From Thermoanaerobaculia bacterium (lineage in GTDB: Bacteria; Acidobacteriota; Thermoanaerobaculia; Multivoradales; Multivoraceae), in assembly GCA_963664405.1 (NCBI GenBank), contig OY761158.1:5600001-5664000 (forward strand): 64,000 nucleotides of DNA, read 5' to 3'. A model generated the notes under the pieces. The model ran no database searches and was not told where the DNA came from. It was given only the letters and a program-made list of their open reading frames with translations. A program made the translations under genes and the position numbers. This document shows positions 21,995-30,568 of this stretch, in pieces; within the stretch, counting starts at the first letter, position 1; the number at the start of each line of letters is the position of its first letter.

Positions 21995-23737
21995 TCAGCC
22001 GCTCTCGGCCAGCGCGCTCTCGCCCAGGGACTTTGCTGCTGGAGATAGGGGGGCGAGGGTAAGAATGCGATGGATGCCCTGGACCGCCTTGCCGTGGTCT
22101 CCCATCCGCTGATAGAGGATCACCTCTTTATGAAGCTCGTCGGCGAGTAGATGTTGGCGTTCCCTGACTGTCTCAGCCAGCGGCCCCCCGGTGTCACGCT
22201 CGAGAAACTCCGCTCCGTTCTCGAGCTCCTCGAAAGTCGATGCCATCCCTTTGAGCCTCCCCAGGGCGACCTCGGCAAGCTTGGGGTCGTGGCTCTGCTC
22301 GGTCAGGGTTTGCAGTGCCGCCAGGCGTTCGAGGCGGGGGGCTAGGACCACGAGTCCCCTCCTGGCACGGTCAGCGACATCGCCGGTTCCGCTCGACCTT
22401 GCTCTCAACAGGCTCTCCACCGCTTCGGTCTCGCGCGAAAGGCGGGCGTAGGCCTCCCCCAGGGCGAGAGCGATCTCGGGAGATCGCTCCGAGTCGGGAA
22501 AGTTGCTCAGAAAGGTTTCGAGGAATGGGGTCTCGTATACCTCGCCATCCAGCACCGCCAGTGCATCGGCGTAGAGATCGTCTCGCGACTCGCGAAGCTC
22601 GGCAATCTCCGCTTGTGCTTGCGCCAGGAAGGCACTCTCGGGTGTGAGCTCGAAAACGGTCTTCACTTCGCTCTCGTACGAGGTCAGGAGCGAGCCATAG
22701 TCGCGGGCCAAGGGTCTCATCTCTTCCACCGCCTCGCGGCTTCCTTGGAGCCGATCGAGGCGTAGGCCATCGGCCACGTCTCCTCGAGGCCAGGCGGAAA
22801 GGGCGGTCTCGGCTAGAAGTTCGTCGATCTCCGGGGAGCTGTGGGGTGTCTTGACGAATTCGAGCAGCGCCGCTTGGCTACGTTGGCGGTAGGGCTCGAC
22901 CGGATAGGGGTCCTGGACCACGAGGGTGTTCTTCCGCGCCTTTGCCGCGCGCACGCGCTCGGTGAAGAAAGGATGAGTCTGCCAGTATCCGAAGTTTTGG
23001 TCTTGTGGCAGGCGTTCCTCCAGCTTGGCCATCAGCTGGCGGGTGCCGTCGGGATCGAAGCCCGCAGCGGCGGCGAAGCGCTGCCCTTGGTCGTCGGACT
23101 CGTCCTCGTTCTGCCTGCTGTAGCTGCGCAACAGGAGCTCACTCACCAGCATGCCGGTGGCGGCGGCTCCCTGAACGAGGGCACCGGTGTTGCCCGAATC
23201 TCGTCGAATGCCCCAACCGTCGACATAGGTGTCTGAGTCGCTCTGGCTTGCGCCGACCATGAGTCCCACCGTGAGCACCTGGCTTAGAACGCCGAGCAGG
23301 GTTGCACGGCGCCGCATCGAGAGAAAGTGTTCTTCGCTAACGTGGGCGACCTCATGGCCCAGCAGGCCGGCAAGCATGTCGTTGCTGAGATCGAGGTCGA
23401 GCATGCCGCGAGTGACGAAGATGTGACCAGCGGGAAGCGCGAAGGCATTGGGCAATGCCATGTCGACCAGGTAGAAGGAAAAAGGGAACTTTCGGAAGCC
23501 TGAGTGGCGGGCGATGGCGTAGCCGATCCGGTTTACTCGCGCCTCTTCTTCATCGTTCTCGTAGGGGCCATACGCCTTGCGCGCCTCCAGCGCGGCCAGG
23601 ATGCTCTTCTCGAAGAGGCCAGGGTCGGAGATCGCCAACGTCTCCTCGGCGAAGATGCGCCCGGGAGCGCCCAGCAGAAGTGCGCTCACTAGGGCCAATG
23701 AAAGATGGCGTTTCCGTCGTCTCGTAGCGAAGAGCAT
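21995..23737 (-). CDS. M48-family Zn metalloprotease with helical C-terminus
   Basis: PNAFALPAG, HEVAH, YSRQNEDESD, THP; ATG 23737 gives a signal peptide. Confidence 0.8.
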   Translation of the reverse strand: MLFATRRRKRHLSLALVSALLLGAPGRIFAEETLAISDPGLFEKSILAALEARKAYGPYENDEEEARVNRIGYAIARHSGFRKFPFSFYLVDMALPNAFALPAGHIFVTRGMLDLDLSNDMLAGLLGHEVAHVSEEHFLSMRRRATLLGVLSQVLTVGLMVGASQSDSDTYVDGWGIRRDSGNTGALVQGAAATGMLVSELLLRSYSRQNEDESDDQGQRFAAAAGFDPDGTRQLMAKLEERLPQDQNFGYWQTHPFFTERVRAAKARKNTLVVQDPYPVEPYRQRSQAALLEFVKTPHSSPEIDELLAETALSAWPRGDVADGLRLDRLQGSREAVEEMRPLARDYGSLLTSYESEVKTVFELTPESAFLAQAQAEIAELRESRDDLYADALAVLDGEVYETPFLETFLSNFPDSERSPEIALALGEAYARLSRETEAVESLLRARSSGTGDVADRARRGLVVLAPRLERLAALQTLTEQSHDPKLAEVALGRLKGMASTFEELENGAEFLERDTGGPLAETVRERQHLLADELHKEVILYQRMGDHGKAVQGIHRILTLAPLSPAAKSLGESALAESG

Positions 23738-23949
23738 ACGCCTCCGTCCTTCCGAGATGTCATTATCGCCCACACGGAAGCCCGACCCCCAACTGAGTTT
23801 GCTGGTCATCACCTAGGGTCTTGCAAGAGACGCGCCATCGGCGCGGCGCCTTGACCGTTTCGAGGAGCGTCGTTACAGTCGCAACTGGGTTTCTTGCCCC
23901 GCGGTCGGAGTCGGTGGACGTCTCGCCTCGCCATTTACGGAGGAGCACC

Positions 23950-24984
23950 ATGAGATCGGTCATCCCTATCAGCGCCGTCCCGGTAGCGGTATTGCTGTTT
24001 CTGTTCGCCCTTCCTGTCGCTGCGGCCAAGGTGGAGCTCAAGCTAGCGACCCAGGCTCCGGAGAACTCGCCCTGGTACGTCATGTTGCAGGGGCTCGACA
24101 AAGAGTTTCGCGAGATCACCGGCGGAGAGGTCTCGTTAGTGATCTACCCCGGCGGGGTCTCGGGGGACGAGTCCGACATCATCCGCAAGATGCGCATCGG
24201 CCAACTCCACGCCGGGGCGCTGACGGTTGCGGGTCTCTCCGACCTCGCCAAAGACTTCAGTGTTTTCGAGATACCGCTCTTTTTCGATTCTTGGGATGAG
24301 TTCAACTTTGTGCTCGAGGACCTGACTCCCGTTCTGACCCAGAGCTTGGACGAAAAGGGCTTCGTGTGGCTTACTTGGGGCCATGTCGGATGGGTCCACT
24401 TCTTTACCAAGAAACCCGTGGCACGTCTCGACGAGTTGCGCGAGCTGAAGATCTTTACCTGGGCCGGCAACGACAACATGGTGCAGTGGTGGAAGCGGAA
24501 CGGATTCAACCCGGTGGCGTTGCAGCTTCCTGATGCTCTTCAGGGGCTCAGAACCGGCATGATCGAGACCATGATCTCGCCGCCGCTGGCCGCGCTGTCT
24601 CTACAGTGGTTCAAAGACGCACCCTATATGATCGACATCGGGCTAGCCCCCATGGTGGGCGCCATCGTGGTCTCTAAGAGAGCTTGGAGCCGCGTCGACC
24701 CCAAGCACTATGAAGCCCTTCTCGCGGCCGCGAGCAGGGTCGGCTCGAAGTTGGCGAGCCAGATCCCCTTCCTCGACTCCTCGGCGGTGAACGTGATGAA
24801 GAACCAGGGGCTCGAAGTGCTCGAGATCCGCGACAGCGAGCACTCCGCCGAATGGTTGGCGGAGGCGGAGAAGTTCGCCGACGAGATGCGGGGCGATATG
24901 GTGCCGCCCGTGATCTTCGATCGCGCCTTGGCGAAGCGAAACGAGTTTCGTCGTCAACAGAGCACGGCCGAGAAGAGCCCCTGA
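23950..24984 (+). CDS. dctP: TRAP transporter substrate-binding protein (DctP/TatP-like)
   Basis: LKLATQAPENSPW, YPGGVSGDESDIIRKMRIGQL; GGAGGAG RBS before ATG 23950. Confidence 0.85.
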   Translation: MRSVIPISAVPVAVLLFLFALPVAAAKVELKLATQAPENSPWYVMLQGLDKEFREITGGEVSLVIYPGGVSGDESDIIRKMRIGQLHAGALTVAGLSDLAKDFSVFEIPLFFDSWDEFNFVLEDLTPVLTQSLDEKGFVWLTWGHVGWVHFFTKKPVARLDELRELKIFTWAGNDNMVQWWKRNGFNPVALQLPDALQGLRTGMIETMISPPLAALSLQWFKDAPYMIDIGLAPMVGAIVVSKRAWSRVDPKHYEALLAAASRVGSKLASQIPFLDSSAVNVMKNQGLEVLEIRDSEHSAEWLAEAEKFADEMRGDMVPPVIFDRALAKRNEFRRQQSTAEKSP

Positions 24985-26780
24985 GAGCACTTCTCCATCG
25001 CCTCGAAGATGGCGCGGTCAGCATCGTGCTGCTGGTGATGGTGATCTTGCCGCTGGCGGAGATTTTCGCGCGCTCGGTGTTCGGGGTCGGAATCCCTGCC
25101 TCGGGCCCCATCGTTCAGAATCTCACGCTGTGGGTGGGCTTCCTCGGTGCGGCATTGGCTGCCCGCGAGAACCGTTTGCTTTCGCTCGCCACCGGTCAGC
25201 TTCTGCCTGAAGGGCGATGGCGCGACGGCGCGAAGGTGTTCTCCAACGCAATGGGAGCGGCGGTTGCCACCATGCTGGCGAAGGCCAGCCTGGAGCTGGC
25301 AGTGATCGAGAAGGAAGGCGGGATGGAGATCGGTGCCGGAATCCCGGTCTGGCTGGTGCAGTTGGTGCTCCCGCTGTCCTTCGCGTTGATCGGCCTGAGA
25401 CTGATCCTGCAAGCCTCCCAAGCTTGGTGGGGGAGGCTGTTGGCGACGGCGGGAGCCGGCATCGGGCTTTGGCTGGGGTTTCACGAGTTGGCTATGGATG
25501 GAAAGCCGGCTTGGCCGCTGGTGCTCCTGCTGATCTTCGCCACTGCGCTCGGTGGGCCGATCTTCGTCATGCTCGGTGGCGCTGCCCTCTTCCTCTTTCT
25601 TTCCGATGGTGTGCCGGCAATGGCGATCCCCGCCGAGACCTATCGGATGAGCGTCTCGGTCACGCTCGCGGCGATCCCACTCTTCACGCTCACCGGCTTT
25701 GCCTTAGCCGAGGGGAACTCTTCGCAGCGATTGCTTCGTTTGTTCCGGGCTTTCTTCGGCTGGATCCCCGGCGGCACCGCGGTCGTTACCGCCGTACTTT
25801 GCGCTTTCTTTACCGTCTTCACGGGCGGTTCGGGGGTGACGATCCTCGCTCTAGGCGGGCTCCTCTTTCCGGCTCTCCTTGCCGATGGATATCGCGATCG
25901 CTTCTCGCTCGGGCTGCTGACGGCCTCCGGCTCTCTCGGATTGCTCTGGCCACCGGCCTTGCCCCTCATCCTCTATGCCATCGTCGCCGAGATCCCCTAC
26001 GAGGATCTCTTCATCGGTGGTCTGATTCCGGGTTTGCTTCTGCTTGGGCTGGTAGCCGGTTGGGGCATGCGTGAAGGGTGGAAGACCGGAGCTGGGCGCA
26101 GCCGTTTCACTGTCGCGGAGGCACTCTCGGCGCTGTGGCTGGCGAAGTGGGAGATCTTGCTCCCGGTGCTGGTGCTCTTCGCTATATTCGGTGGCTACGC
26201 CACCATTGTCGAGGCTGCCGCGCTGGCGGCTGGTTATGCCTTGGTGACCCAGTGCTTCATCCACAAAGATATCGGCCTTGGCAGAGACCTGCTGCGGGTG
26301 TTTCAACAGTGCGGAGTGCTGATCGGAGGGGTGCTCATCATTCTTGGCGTGGCGATGGGTCTCACCAGCTATATGGTCGACGCACAAGTCGCGGCGCGAG
26401 TCCTGAGCTGGGCGGAAGGGGCGATTCATTCGAAGTTGGTGTTCCTGCTCGCGCTCAACGTCTTCCTTCTGATCGTCGGCTGTCTTATGGACATTTTCTC
26501 GGCCATTGTCGTGGTCGTGCCGCTCATCATTCCAATCGGACTTGCATTCGGCGTTGACCCGGTGCACCTGGGGATCATCTTCATCGCCAACCTCGAGCTC
26601 GGCTATCTCACTCCGCCGGTGGGGCTGAACCTGTTTCTGGCGTCCTACCGCTTCGAGCGCCCGCTGCTCCAGGTCTACCGCGCCGTCATCCCGATGCTGC
26701 TCATTCTGGGCGGGGGAGTGCTACTCATCACTTACTACCCGCCTATGACCCTCGGTCTCCTACGCCTCTTCGGGCGTTAG
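24981..26780 (+). CDS. Fused TRAP small/large permease DctQM
   Basis: Many TM helices; LAAIPLF, TGGSGVTI, VDPVHLGII, YLTPPVGLNLF; probable CTG start overlapping the dctP stop. Confidence 0.85.
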   Translation: MRALLHRLEDGAVSIVLLVMVILPLAEIFARSVFGVGIPASGPIVQNLTLWVGFLGAALAARENRLLSLATGQLLPEGRWRDGAKVFSNAMGAAVATMLAKASLELAVIEKEGGMEIGAGIPVWLVQLVLPLSFALIGLRLILQASQAWWGRLLATAGAGIGLWLGFHELAMDGKPAWPLVLLLIFATALGGPIFVMLGGAALFLFLSDGVPAMAIPAETYRMSVSVTLAAIPLFTLTGFALAEGNSSQRLLRLFRAFFGWIPGGTAVVTAVLCAFFTVFTGGSGVTILALGGLLFPALLADGYRDRFSLGLLTASGSLGLLWPPALPLILYAIVAEIPYEDLFIGGLIPGLLLLGLVAGWGMREGWKTGAGRSRFTVAEALSALWLAKWEILLPVLVLFAIFGGYATIVEAAALAAGYALVTQCFIHKDIGLGRDLLRVFQQCGVLIGGVLIILGVAMGLTSYMVDAQVAARVLSWAEGAIHSKLVFLLALNVFLLIVGCLMDIFSAIVVVVPLIIPIGLAFGVDPVHLGIIFIANLELGYLTPPVGLNLFLASYRFERPLLQVYRAVIPMLLILGGGVLLITYYPPMTLGLLRLFGR

Positions 26781-26788
26781 GCTCCAGC

Positions 26789-27247
26789 ATGCGCAGGGTG
26801 CAGAGCGTCGCTGTCGTTTTTGCCTTTGTCTGCGGCGCTCTGGCCCTGGTTACGAGCACGGGGTGCCCGGTGCTGCCTGAGGGTGATCCCGGCTCGGTAG
26901 GCTTGTTGCACAGTCTTGTCGGTGCCGTCGGAGCCATATGTGGATTCTTCTTGCCCTTCAGGGCCAAAGAGATCGACCAAGAGCGTTGGCGGATCGTGGA
27001 AGATTCGACGCTGACCAGCGGCGAGCGAGAGTACGCGCACAAGGAGGCAGACAGCGAGCGCAAGAGGGCGGGCATTGTCTTCTTGGTGGCACCGCTGACG
27101 CTGGGTCTTTGGCTGGCGTACCAGTTCAGGCAGGAGGACGCGATTATCACGACCGATTTCTTGGCGGTGACGCCGCTGGTGGGCCTTGCGGTGGGTTGGT
27201 TGGTCGGCTGGGCCTGGCTGGGGAGATTTCGCAGTGGACCCCAGTGA
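26789..27247 (+). CDS. Hypothetical membrane protein
   Basis: About four hydrophobic segments; tightly packed in the operon. Confidence 0.55.
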   Translation: MRRVQSVAVVFAFVCGALALVTSTGCPVLPEGDPGSVGLLHSLVGAVGAICGFFLPFRAKEIDQERWRIVEDSTLTSGEREYAHKEADSERKRAGIVFLVAPLTLGLWLAYQFRQEDAIITTDFLAVTPLVGLAVGWLVGWAWLGRFRSGPQ

Positions 27248-27533
27248 CCCATCCGACACCGAGGATCTCGCACCGGTGGAGGTCCCCATTACCGACGTGC
27301 TCGATCTGCACAGCTTTCGCCCTGCGGAAATCACAGATGTTGTGAGCGACTATCTCGATGCCGCCTGGGAGAAGGGACTGCGGGAGCTGCGCATCATTCA
27401 CGGCCGCGGCATCGGCGTACAGCGCGAGAGCGTGCGAAAGATCCTCTCCCGCGACCCGCGCGTCCGCGAATTCGGCGACGCCCCCTCCGAAGCAGGCGGC
27501 TGGGGAGCGACTCTGGTGCGCTTCGAGGTCTGA
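27234..27533 (+). CDS. Stand-alone Smr/MutS2-domain protein
   Basis: LDLHSF, LRIIHGRGIG, GGWGATLV; GTG 27234. Confidence 0.85.
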   Translation: MDPSDPSDTEDLAPVEVPITDVLDLHSFRPAEITDVVSDYLDAAWEKGLRELRIIHGRGIGVQRESVRKILSRDPRVREFGDAPSEAGGWGATLVRFEV

Positions 27534-27551
27534 AGCTGGGTCGCGCCGCTC

Positions 27552-27677
27552 GGGCCGGCCGCGGGGGGCCTTGGAGAGCGGGTTGCTCCGCGGGTGGCCG
27601 ATGGCTGGGTGGGGCCGCCGACTTGTGTCATGAAAATTATGCTCCGCAACCCGCTCTCCAAGGCCCCTTCTGCGGCC
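27552..27677 (+). repeat. Hairpin repeat family, copy A
   Basis: 22-bp perfect IR GGGGCCTTGGAGAGCGGGTTGC/GCAACCCGCTCTCCAAGGCCCC, 42-nt core, AATTATGCTCCGCA, outer GGCCGC/GCGGCC. Confidence 0.85.
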
Positions 27678-27875
27678 TTCCGCGCTGCCCTGCCTAGGTC
27701 AGTCATCTAGGGCCCGTTTATGATGGGAGGGGTGACTCGATCCGGCGTCGGGCTTCCGGGGGCGATGAACCCCGGCACTTTTCGCCCCCTAGGAGCGTGT
27801 CCGAGAATTCGGACAGGCGAGTAGTTCTCAGGCGGGGATGGGCCGGAAAACGGGCCGAAGGCGCGTTTTCTGGGG

Positions 27876-28789
27876 CTAGCTCGCGCCGGCGCCGACCGCG
27901 GTCGGGATCGGCTGGCTGGGCTGGATGTAGGGGAAGGGGTCGGCGAAGCCCGCCAGCTCTTTGAACAGCTCCGGGTCGTCGCACTCGTCCGCCAGATCGC
28001 GCTGGAAGCCGCCCTGAATGTTCTCTTGCGAAGTGATCATCATGTGCCTGTAGTAGTTGGCGATCGAGAGCCGCATTCCGGGGATCAGCCGCGGATAGGC
28101 ACCGTGCCAGGTGGCTCCGTGAAAGACGATGACCGAGCCTTTTTCCGCCTCGACCGGAACTGCCTTTCGGGCGGCATCCGGTTGGGCCGGTCGCGAACCG
28201 GAGCGGTGGGAGCCGGGGACGTACGCCAAAGCACCGCCGGCTTTGGTGTAGTCGGTGAGGCACCAGTTGGTGTTCGAGGTCAGTGCCACTCGTCCCCACG
28301 GCAGCGGGACCGCAGTTTGGTCCGCGTGCAACCCCAGACCGGGGCCGTAACCGAAGTCTCCTTGCCACTTGACGAAGGAGTTGTGCGAGCTGAAGCGGGT
28401 CGCCTTCGGGCCGATCATGTGACGGATCAGGGTCACCGCTGCAGGGTTCAGGGCGAGGTCGCGAAACATTCGATCGATGCTGCCGAGCTGTTGGATGAGG
28501 AACTGGGACGGTCTCCCCCCCCCTCTTCCGAAAAGGTGCTTGCTCTACCGGATGGGAACTCTAGCTCTGCACCAGGGCCCTCGTTCAGGCTGAAGGGACT
28601 TCCGGTCATCGCTTCGGCGCGCTCCAGGATGATCTCGACCATGCGATCGACTCGACCCATCCCGAAGCCGTGAACTTCGGGCGGAACCACGGTCAATCCG
28701 TTGACTTCGAGCTCGAGTACATAGGTCTCGAGGTTCAACTCGCGGATGGCGTTACCCAGTCCTTCGGACGTTCCTGTGAGTGGCGGCAT
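27876..28789 (-). pseudogene. Phytanoyl-CoA dioxygenase (PhyH) family gene split by a frameshift in a G9 tract
   Basis: N-part (LELEVNGLTVVP) and C-part (LHAD, YVPGSH, FHGATWHGA...R) lie in different frames; C9 at 28515-28523 on + strand. Confidence 0.75.
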
Positions 28790-28869
28790 GTTCTTTCTGG
28801 TCTCCTGCCTTGGATTGCGGGAGGCATGAGTTTGCCACAGGCGCGGCCCTTGCGAATACTGCGGCGGCG

Positions 28870-29139
28870 CTAGGCGGCCTTCATTGCCTTTGCGACGGCG
28901 AGCTCGATGAGGAGCTCCGGGTCGATATCGGAGGCCAGGACACAGGTGACGTCTCCCTCTTGCCAGTTCGAGAAGGTCCTGTAGGCCCGCAGGTAGGTCT
29001 CCTGCACCAGGTCCGCCGCATCTTCGGGGCTCCCGGTCCACCGCATCGCTGCACCGTAGAGCATGCGGGTCAGCGGCAGCGTCAGCTCCTCGAAGTGAGC
29101 GCGTAGCTCGGAAGGGCGATCCTGGGTCGGCTCAGGCAT
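28870..29139 (-). pseudogene. Truncated ECF sigma factor fused to an anti-sigma-like C-terminal tail
   Basis: Sigma region 2 start LYGAAMRWTGSPEDAADLVQETYLRAYR, then abrupt WQEGDVTCVLASD; no region 4. Confidence 0.65.
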
Positions 29140-29190
29140 CGGGCTGGGTCGACATCATAGAGAGGTTGGGCAGAGAGCGCACTCGACTGG

Positions 29191-29216
29191 GGAACTTTCT
29201 GGACCTCCGCGGTGTT
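29191..29216 (+). promoter_or_regulatory. ECF-type promoter GGAAC-N18-GTT
   Basis: Matches the SigH/SigR-type consensus about 55 nt upstream of ATG 29270. Confidence 0.5.
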
Positions 29217-29269
29217 CACTACCTCTATCTTTGAACCGGTGGCGCCGAGCGCCGCCAACAGGAGGACTG

Positions 29270-29741
29270 ATGAGGCTTACGTTCATGCTCGCACTTTCGA
29301 TCTGTTTGAGTCTCGTAGCGGTGCCATCTCTTGCACAGCCCGAGTGGGAGATCACCGTGACCAACCTCACGAAGGGTCAGACTTTCACACCGATCATGGC
29401 CGCTAGCCACGATGGCGGGATCAAGCTCTTCAAGCTCGGAAAGCCGGCGAGCCCTGAGCTCGTCTCGTTGGCCGAGGAGGGCAATACGGCCCCGAGGACG
29501 CACCACCACCGTGCTGCGCGCCTATGACGCCGGTAGTGAGATGAATGACGAGCTCTGCGCCTCCATACCTGGTCCAGCATTGCCTTTTCCTGGGCCGGAA
29601 TGTGGGGCCGGTGGGGCGCCGGGTGGAGGCGAAGGCTACGTCTACACCCACCCAGGAATTCATGGAATCGGAGACCTTGCGGCCTACGAGCGCGACTGGA
29701 GAAACCCGGTCGCTCGAGTTGTCGTTCACCCAGTTGAGTGA
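29270..29741 (+). pseudogene. Spondin_N-domain secreted protein with internal deletion/frameshift
   Basis: ITVTNLTKGQTFTP...LAEEGN in one frame; AYDAGSEMNDE...HPGIHG..DW in another; junction near 29494. Confidence 0.7.
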
Positions 29742-29760
29742 CCCGGAGCCAAGAACGGTA

Positions 29761-29796
29761 ACAGTGAGGGGGGCAGAAATGCCCCCCTCTTACTGT
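29761..29796. terminator. GC-rich hairpin between convergent genes
   Basis: ACAGTGAGGGGGGCA-GAAA-TGCCCCCCTCTTACTGT; no clear U tract. Confidence 0.45.
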
Positions 29797-29845
29797 CGAT
29801 CTCGAGCGCTTCGGCTGGTGCCGGGCTGGCAGGCTCTTGCTTGGG

Positions 29846-30568
29846 TTAGCGCGGTTCCTGCAGCTCGAGTCGAGCCGTTGTGAGTCCGTCGGAAGTCTCG
29901 ACCGCAGTGCTTCGGACGGGGATCTTATGATCGTAGATCGGGCCGGCGAAGACATAGGTGTGGAACTCGCCGTGCTCCCCGCAGGGGTTGGTGGTTCCGG
30001 GGAGGTCTTCGAGGAATTGACGGTCGAAGAGACGGCCGGCGAAGTCATCGCTGAGAACCGAGGCGTCTACTGCACTCACCCTCGCGCGCAGACCGCTGTC
30101 GATCATCTCCTCGGCCAGCACTCCCGTATCGAGGCCCCAGACCGGGAACACGGGCTCGATTCCGGTGCCTGCCATGTTCTTCTCCCTGTAGGCGCGGATT
30201 TCCTCGAGAAAGAGATCGCCGAACGCGATATGGGTTACTCCTTGCTCGAGTAGCGCTTCGATCGCCCTGAGCATGGCGGCTTCATACTCTTCGTTCGGAC
30301 AGGGGAAGGGGATCGGAACTTTGAGGAGCGGCAGCCCGGCGGCGATCGCCTGCGCGTCGAGGAGTTGCTCGGAGATCCCGTGCATGGGTACGCGCTGCCG
30401 CGTGGCGTCGATCGTAGAGAGCAACCCGACGACCTCGAATGCCTCCTCTTGGCGTAACAAATGCAGAGCCCACGCACTGTCTTTGCCCGAGCTCCATGCG
30501 ATTACGGTCTTTCGTCTTAGTGAGCTCAGCTGTTCTCCGCCGTCGGCCCCGTGCCCGAGATCCGTCAA
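29846..30568 (-). CDS. Dph6/MJ0570-like PP-loop ATP-binding protein
   Basis: AWSSGKDS, RVPMHG, FGDLFLE, PCGEHGEFHT. Confidence 0.85.
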   Translation of the reverse strand: MTDLGHGADGGEQLSSLRRKTVIAWSSGKDSAWALHLLRQEEAFEVVGLLSTIDATRQRVPMHGISEQLLDAQAIAAGLPLLKVPIPFPCPNEEYEAAMLRAIEALLEQGVTHIAFGDLFLEEIRAYREKNMAGTGIEPVFPVWGLDTGVLAEEMIDSGLRARVSAVDASVLSDDFAGRLFDRQFLEDLPGTTNPCGEHGEFHTYVFAGPIYDHKIPVRSTAVETSDGLTTARLELQEPR

